A DNA stretch of 64,000 nt from the human T2T-CHM13v2.0 reference genome, Homo sapiens, in the NCBI RefSeq assembly GCF_009914755.1, contig NC_060938.1; one strand, 5' to 3'. Made by a program: the position numbers and the translations under genes. How positions within the stretch are numbered: position 1 is the first letter of the stretch; each line of letters starts with the position of its first letter. Below, one piece after another: positions 57,275 through 64,000 of this stretch. The notes beneath the pieces are model-generated. The model made no database searches. It worked only from the letters and a program-made list of their open reading frames with translations, and was not told the DNA's origin.

Positions 57275-58789
57275 ACATTTCTTGGCTGCAGGACTTCTCA
57301 GAGCCTTTACTATGTGAATTTCCACTGTGACTCTCCAAGAGGGGATACAAAATACAAGGTTTCCCAGACTTACTTGGTCATAGAATTTTCTCTCCAGATA
57401 TTGATGTTCCACTTTGGGAAATGCCATGGGTCAATGATGTGGAGGCCTGAGACCCAACATTGGACAGCACAGTGCCTAGGCAGGGAGCCCACAAAGACTT
57501 CTCAGGTGTAGCCAGGACACCTCTACTCTGGGGATCTCGAGCCAACATAGGTGGTGGTCGGGAGAAAGAATGGATGGAAGGTCCCATTGTTGTGCCTGAT
57601 GCAGGTACTCACTCTGCAGTCTCAGCCCCTCACATGCCCCTCTCACCCCCGAGGGTGGTCCTGCAAGTGAAGCACACACAGACCCCCTTCCTTCAGCCCT
57701 GTGATTTGAGTGCGGCTCTGGTGGTCGCCTCCATGAGCTTTGTCAATACCCCACCACCAGTACCCACAGTGGGGTCTCACTGCTCCTCTGAAGCCACAGA
57801 AGACTGCGTTGCCCAAGAGCAGGTGCAACCCGGAGCATGGGATGTGGCATTCCCCAAAACAGTAATCACCCAAGAGATCGGGAGCCCCTGCCTCCCATCC
57901 TTCAAGGGAACACCCAAAGGCCTGCCCTGCACACTTCATCGGAATCCCCAGAGACCTGGAGCCCCGGCTGCCTGCAGTGGTGACCAGCAGGGCAACTCCT
58001 TTTTATCAGCTTCTCCCCTTCCCTACCTCACTTGCCCAACTCCCTCCCAAACAAGCTGTCTGCACCTGAGTCCTTGCCCTGGTCTCTGCTTTCAGGAGAA
58101 CCCAAACAAAGACCATAAGTGGGTGCTATGTTACAGCCTCAAAGCGTCAGCTAAGCAGACTGGCCTGAAATGGAACAGCCACCCTGGGAGGCAGTGAGCT
58201 CCAGTCCCTAAAAACACAGAGGAAGACGCAGGTCCAATACCAGGCCTGTCAACAAACAGCCTGTTGTTGTAAGTGGGAACCCAGCCATGGGTTAGGAATT
58301 TGGAACTAGTGACATCAAAATGTCTGTCCATGTCGGTGGCTGTGCCCTCCCTAAGGACAAAATTATTGTATTTTCTTTCTCCTGTGTGTTCATGGTCAGT
58401 GTCCAGGTTCTAGATCCTGCCCAAGAGGCTGGAGCCAGCCCATCAGGAGCAGGGAGGGCACAGACCAGGAGCCTGGGATCAGCCCCAAGGACCCGGTGGC
58501 GGTCTCCATGATGACTGACCTAGAGGTATGCTCAGCCAGAGTGGGACTAGCAATGGAGCCGGGGAGGCAGCAATGGCCCTGGCTGGGAGGCAGAGCCGAG
58601 CACAGGGCACATGGTCACTGCCAAGACAGCGGGCATGGCCGAGGTGAGGGCTCAGAGCCATGGCTGGGCCAGGCAGAGCGGGCTGGAAGCTGGAGTAGGT
58701 GGCCAGCGCCGGGTGGCAAGTGCAGCCTGCAGGCTTCTGGGAGCAGCACAGGGCGAGGACACCTGCCGGAGCCAGTGGGTGCTATCTGG

Positions 58790-59690
58790 GGATGAAAAAC
58801 AGACGCAGGCCACAAATAAGCAACTCCCCAAACAGAAAAAATACACAAGTTCCAAGCTTGTAAAAAACTCTCCAACTTCCCCATCAATCAAATAAATGCA
58901 AACTAAAGCGATCCTGCTCTCTTTGTTTTCCTTGTGAACTTAGCAAAGTTATTTTAAAAAGGTAAAATTTTTAAAAACATTATTTATTGCACTGGCCAAG
59001 GAGCAAAAAAAAATGGGGGTGTCCAAAATGTTGATGAAAGCATAACTTGGTCCTCCCTTTCTGGAATCAATTCAGCAATATGTGTCAACAGACCAAGAGG
59101 GTACATGCCCCTCTCAAGAAATATATCTGAAGTAATTGGCAAAATAGAAAAAGGTTTATCTACATGAATGCTCACTGCAGTATTACTAATTATAGCAAAA
59201 ATGAAAAATATAAAAAAATACTGGCCGGGTGTGGTGGCTCACGCCTGTAATCCCAGCACTTTCAGAGGCCAAAGCGGGCGGATCACAAGGGTCAGGAGAT
59301 CGAGACCATCCTGGCTAACACAGTGAAACCCCATCTCTACTAAAAATACAAAAAATTAGCCAGGCGTGGTGGTGGGCACCTGTAGTCGCAGCTACTCAGG
59401 AGGCTGAGGCAGGAGAATGGCGTAAACCCAGGAGGCGGAGCTTGCAGTGAGCTGAGATCGCACCACTGCACTTCAGCCTGGTGGACAGAGCGAGACTCCA
59501 TCTCAAAAAAAAAAAAAACTGAAATAACCAAAAGGTCAAATAACTGGAAATCAGATATAAGAAATACATGGTATTCTTATACAAAAGAACATTTCAGAAA
59601 ACAATGTAGAAGACATGTGATTTGGAAATACGTTTATGATGTAGAGTCCAGTGGAGAAGGCAGGAAATAAACTTGTTATATGATTCATTT
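58790..59690 (+). mobile_element. Old L1M 3' fragment containing an AluY
   Basis: aatcaaataaatgcaaactaaa...ctttctggaatcaattcagcaatat...tatagcaaaaa. Confidence 0.5.
59223..59518 (+). mobile_element. AluY
   Basis: gagatcgagaccatcctggctaacac, gagaatggcgt, gcggagcttgcagt. Confidence 0.95.
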
Positions 59691-60879
59691 CATAAACAAG
59701 ACACAAACATGAAATGTGTCACTTCACTTAAAAAGCTGTGTTCCCTGTGGTCTAGTGTCAGAGCTGTGTCCTATTTAGAGGGGCCAGCTCAGTTCCCCCC
59801 ATCCCCTCACTCGAGATCTGAGAATGACCTTCACCATCCATGACACCCACTAATCCTGAATGTGCGTGTTTGGTTTCACTTCTTACTCACGTGCTAGCTT
59901 GAGGGTAAGCCTCAGTTTCCTCATCTATAAAATGGGGGCGACACTATCTGTTTCATGGGAGACTTCCTGAAAGCTGTGGCACATGGCCTGGATCATGGTC
60001 ATCACTGAAGTTGTATTAGTGCCTCCTGTCCCCTCTTGGTCAGTGCCTATGCCTGGAGAGCCAAACCAAACCACATAGAAAGCAAAAGCAATGGGCGGAG
60101 TGCTGGCTAAACTCAGATGCTCCCAGGGCCTAGGGAAGGCCCCACATCACAGCAGGTGCTCCACACCAGTGAGTCACATTTGTAGCTTGTCGGGCCTGGG
60201 GGACCTCAGAGGGGATGGGGTCCACCTGACAGCTGGCCTTCCATTCATCACTCCACCGCCATGCAAGTGACTGAGAGACTTGTACACACATTTGTAACAC
60301 CAAAAAGAAAAAAATATAAAGGCAATGTGAATTCATCAATATGAGAATACAAAGAGTATAATTCATACAATGGATATAATTCATGTAATGGGATACGACA
60401 CAGCGACTACAGACTCATCCAGCCGCGGAGATGAATCCCAGAGGCACATGCTGAGGGCAAACAGTGGTGCAAAAGAAAGCACATAACATGGCTCCCTCTA
60501 CATGAGTCTCGACGGGGAAAAGATATTTTGGGTGGCACAAAACAGTAGTCACCTCTTAGCTGGGGCTGGGAGGGAGGGGATAGACCAATAAGGGACACAA
60601 AGGAACTGTATGGGCATAGTAATGCTCCATAGCTTAGAGTGATGTTTGAAGAAACGTATACATTTGTCAAAATTCATCTATCTGGACCCTTAAGAGCTTG
60701 AGGCTCTGACATATGTCACAAGTAGACCTCAATTTAAAAATAGCATCTGCACGGACACGCAGTGAGCACCTCACATACTTGGTCACCATTACGATGAGTG
60801 TGCCAACCGCATGGACTCCCAGGATGTCGGAGTTCGCAGGACCCTTGGAAATCCCTCCCCCAGGCACTCTTGGTCATTT

Positions 60880-61240
60880 TCCTGCCATGGAATCTTCCGA
60901 CCAATGAGTGAAGCCTGGGACCTTTTCTCAGAATAAAGTTTTGCCTGCATAAAATAAAATACCATAAACTATATATGACGACAAAGAAAACCAATTATTT
61001 TGAAAGTTATCAAATATTAAAAACAGATTTGTGACCTAGAAATGCATGTGCTTCTTTATTAACGCATTAAATAACAAGCCCACCAGAGGGTCTAATAACT
61101 ATCAATCATTTCAAAGTATTGGGGAGTGGAAATGGCATTTTGAATTTTCTACAGCCACGGCCATGGAAAAGGAAAATATCTGAGATTCCAATTAGTACCC
61201 GAATCACAGACACTGTGCATACGATGCCTACCTAGTCCTG
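60880..61240. mobile_element. Charlie1-like hAT fragment
   Basis: gtgcttctttattaacgcattaaataacaag...gggtctaataacta resembles Charlie1 sequence. Confidence 0.45.
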
Positions 61241-61859
61241 CACACTCTACAAACTGAGGGTAGAGAAAACAAAGCTGCAGTTTCATTTCCCCAGCCAGGT
61301 TCACAGACCTGTCCACAGACCCTTTGTCTCCTTGTAAGACCTCCGCCTTAGTCCAGCTATCTCTAGCTGCAGAGGAGGAAATGGAAACCAAGAGGAGAGT
61401 TGTTATTCCAAAGCTGTAGGAAGCCTGAACTCAGACCCTGGGTCCTGCCCCCTCAGGGCAGCCTCTGTCCTACAGAGATAAAACACATAAAGCATTTAGC
61501 ACAGAGCCTAGCATGGGGGAGCCTCAGCACTAAGACATGGCTGACTATGATCCCAAGCGCTCGGGCAGGCAAAGGCAGGGATTTGTGTTCACACACACAC
61601 ACACACACACACGTGAGTACACACGTACACACACACAGGTCCTGCCTGGGGGAGTGCCCCTGGATCCCACAACCCCGGTTGGACCTCAGCCCAGAATGTG
61701 GGCAACCCCCGCCCAGCCATGGTCAGCAGGCCCGCGTCCACCCCAGGCTGGCAGGCTGGCAGTCAGCGGACGCCCACCGCGCACCGGGCCTCTGCCCACA
61801 TTAACTCCCTGCTGGGATAATTCTTCTCCAGCCCTTTTTTTCCAGCCACCAAGTGGGCC

Positions 61860-62130
61860 TGCCACCACACTGCTGTTTTTCATCTTGTTAATTGAGTCAT
61901 TTATTTCGTTAAAAGGTGAAACTTTATCAGGGCTTACGTGCCAAGTGTGAGAAGGTGTATTTAATGATACATCAAATGGCCGCTGCTTCAGGTGCCTCAG
62001 TGTTTAGAGATGGTGCAGCTGGGGGGTGGAGGGGCATAAGACAGAGCCCAGGCTGTGCAATTTCAATTATTCTGATTGAAAGAAATAGGCCCAAGTTCAT
62101 TTCCAGGCAATGTCTGCATCAAGGTGCACA
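61860..62130. promoter_or_regulatory. Candidate conserved non-coding element
   Basis: No recognisable repeat; ttaattgagtcatt, taatgatacatcaaatggc, caatttcaattattctgattgaaa. Confidence 0.35.
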
Positions 62131-62173
62131 CTGCAACCTGTGCCCCCATCCAGAAAAACTCCCGATGTGATGA

Positions 62174-62579
<406 letters not shown>

Positions 62580-63014
62580 ATCTCCTTTTGTTCTGGGCTC
62601 CCTGGGGCCCCACCTCCAAATGTTCCAGGCCTCTCAGAGGAGGGTACAGGAGATCAGCTGGCCCCACCCACTCCCGCTGGGCCCACCCCCTGCCCTCCCC
62701 ACAACACACCACCCCATCTCACCCCTTCACTTGCTCATTCACCACCACCACTCCATTCTGATGCCACCAGAGGACCTCCCAAAGTCCAGAGTTCAGCAGG
62801 CCCTTCCCCTGCCAAGACCTTCAGTGCTCTGGCCTGCCCTGGTCCTTTCAGATAAGGTCCAAGTGCCCTGAACAAGGGTCCAAGGCCTTCGTGGCCTGGC
62901 CCCAGTGGCCCTCCGGACCTCCCCCTCCGCCCAAACTCCATGCTGTCCTAGAAGTCGGTGCGTTGAAATAAGCCTCTACTCAAGATCATCTTCTTTCCCC
63001 TTCTCCTAATTTGG

Positions 63015-63160
63015 TGTATCTGAGCCCACTAGAATCGCTCATGAAGCTTTTTAAGAATGCCAGCGCCCAGATCCCACCCAAGACCAACTGAATCAGAACC
63101 TCAAGGCCCAGCACAGAATACCAGGTGATTCCATGCACAGCCAGAGCTGAGAACCAGGGT
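63015..63160 (+). mobile_element. MER5A-like hAT element
   Basis: agaatcgctcatgaagctt...cccacccaagaccaactgaatcagaa...caggtgattccatgcacagcc...tgagaacc. Confidence 0.65.
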
Positions 63161-64000
63161 TTCACATCCGACTTGCCCTTCGAGGCCAGGCAGGCTCATC
63201 ACCTCCTCCAGGAAGCCTTCCTGGTCTCTGTCTCCAAGTCTCTCACCACCCAAGGGTAAATGGGGACCCTTCCTCTGGGTTCCCTCTCTGAAAGCAGGTG
63301 TTGTAATAATCAGGGTCTCCCTGTATGGGGCGCTCCTGAGGGTCTAGTGGCTGGACCAGTAGGACGAAGCCCAGAGCCTGCCACAGAAGGTCTTCAGGGG
63401 TGTCCAGTGGGGTCTGTGTGGTGTGGATAAGCCCCCTACACACCACGATGTGCCATCAAGGGGAGCTGCAATCACAGATGCCCAAACAGTGGATCGGGGG
63501 CACAGGGTCTGCTCTGGTCCTACTCAAGCATCTGGAGCAAGTGTCCGGGACAGGAGCAAGGGACTGCAGGAATCTGGAGACTCCTAGCCAGCAAGGGCAA
63601 CAGGGAATCTTCCAGTCCAATGACAGGAGGCAGCAAAAAGTAGTTGGAAGAGCCAGGACCCCGGAGTTCCACCCAGCCGTGCCACTTACCAGCTGGGTTA
63701 CCCTGGCTGACTAACTCCGCCTTGCTGAGCCTGTTTCCTCATCTGGGAGGTGGGGTGGTTGTCCTCCACCTCCAGGGATTTGGGGAAGACTTCACCACAA
63801 GACCTATGTGAAGTGCCAGGCACAGTGCCTGCATGTCGTAGCTTCAGCGATGATGATGTCCCCGTGAATCCTGTCTTCTTTCACTGGGCTAGCTTTTCCT
63901 CTCTTCTTTAGAGTGCCCTTATAGAAGCTCAGACCGCTGGTGGTCTGCAGGCGGGTGCCATGCATCTGCTGCTCTTTCCTTTGCACGTTCAGGAGACTCC

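Noticed and set aside
57460-58197. 245-aa ORF, the longest in the track
   Set aside because: Non-ATG start, no recognisable domain, 3' part looks LTR-derived; chance ORF in GC-rich DNA is likely

Overview
Primate (most likely human) intergenic or intronic DNA, rich in repeats, with no recognisable spliced host protein-coding gene and no RNA gene. Repeat family names come from recalled consensus sequences, not a database search. Main contents: (1) a 7,737-bp HERV-H provirus (30910-38646) with two 482-bp LTR7Y-like LTRs, a TCCTC target-site duplication (TSD) and a perfect tRNA-His primer-binding site; pol is deleted and dead, while the full-length env is broken by only three lesions; (2) a young-looking RPL3 processed pseudogene with a twin-priming 5' inversion and internal deletion, inserted in an MST LTR that itself sits in an old L1; (3) many Alus (one with the AluYd deletion, two that seeded long microsatellites), old L1s, MaLR LTRs and DNA transposons, often nested; (4) two local duplications of about 180-220 bp, one direct (4.2/5.2 kb) and one inverted (55.6/57.1 kb); (5) several repeat-free, homeobox-motif-rich blocks resembling conserved non-coding enhancers. 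I cannot claim a new biological system. The best leads are the HERV-H env fragments, the RPL3 retrocopy and the inverted duplication.
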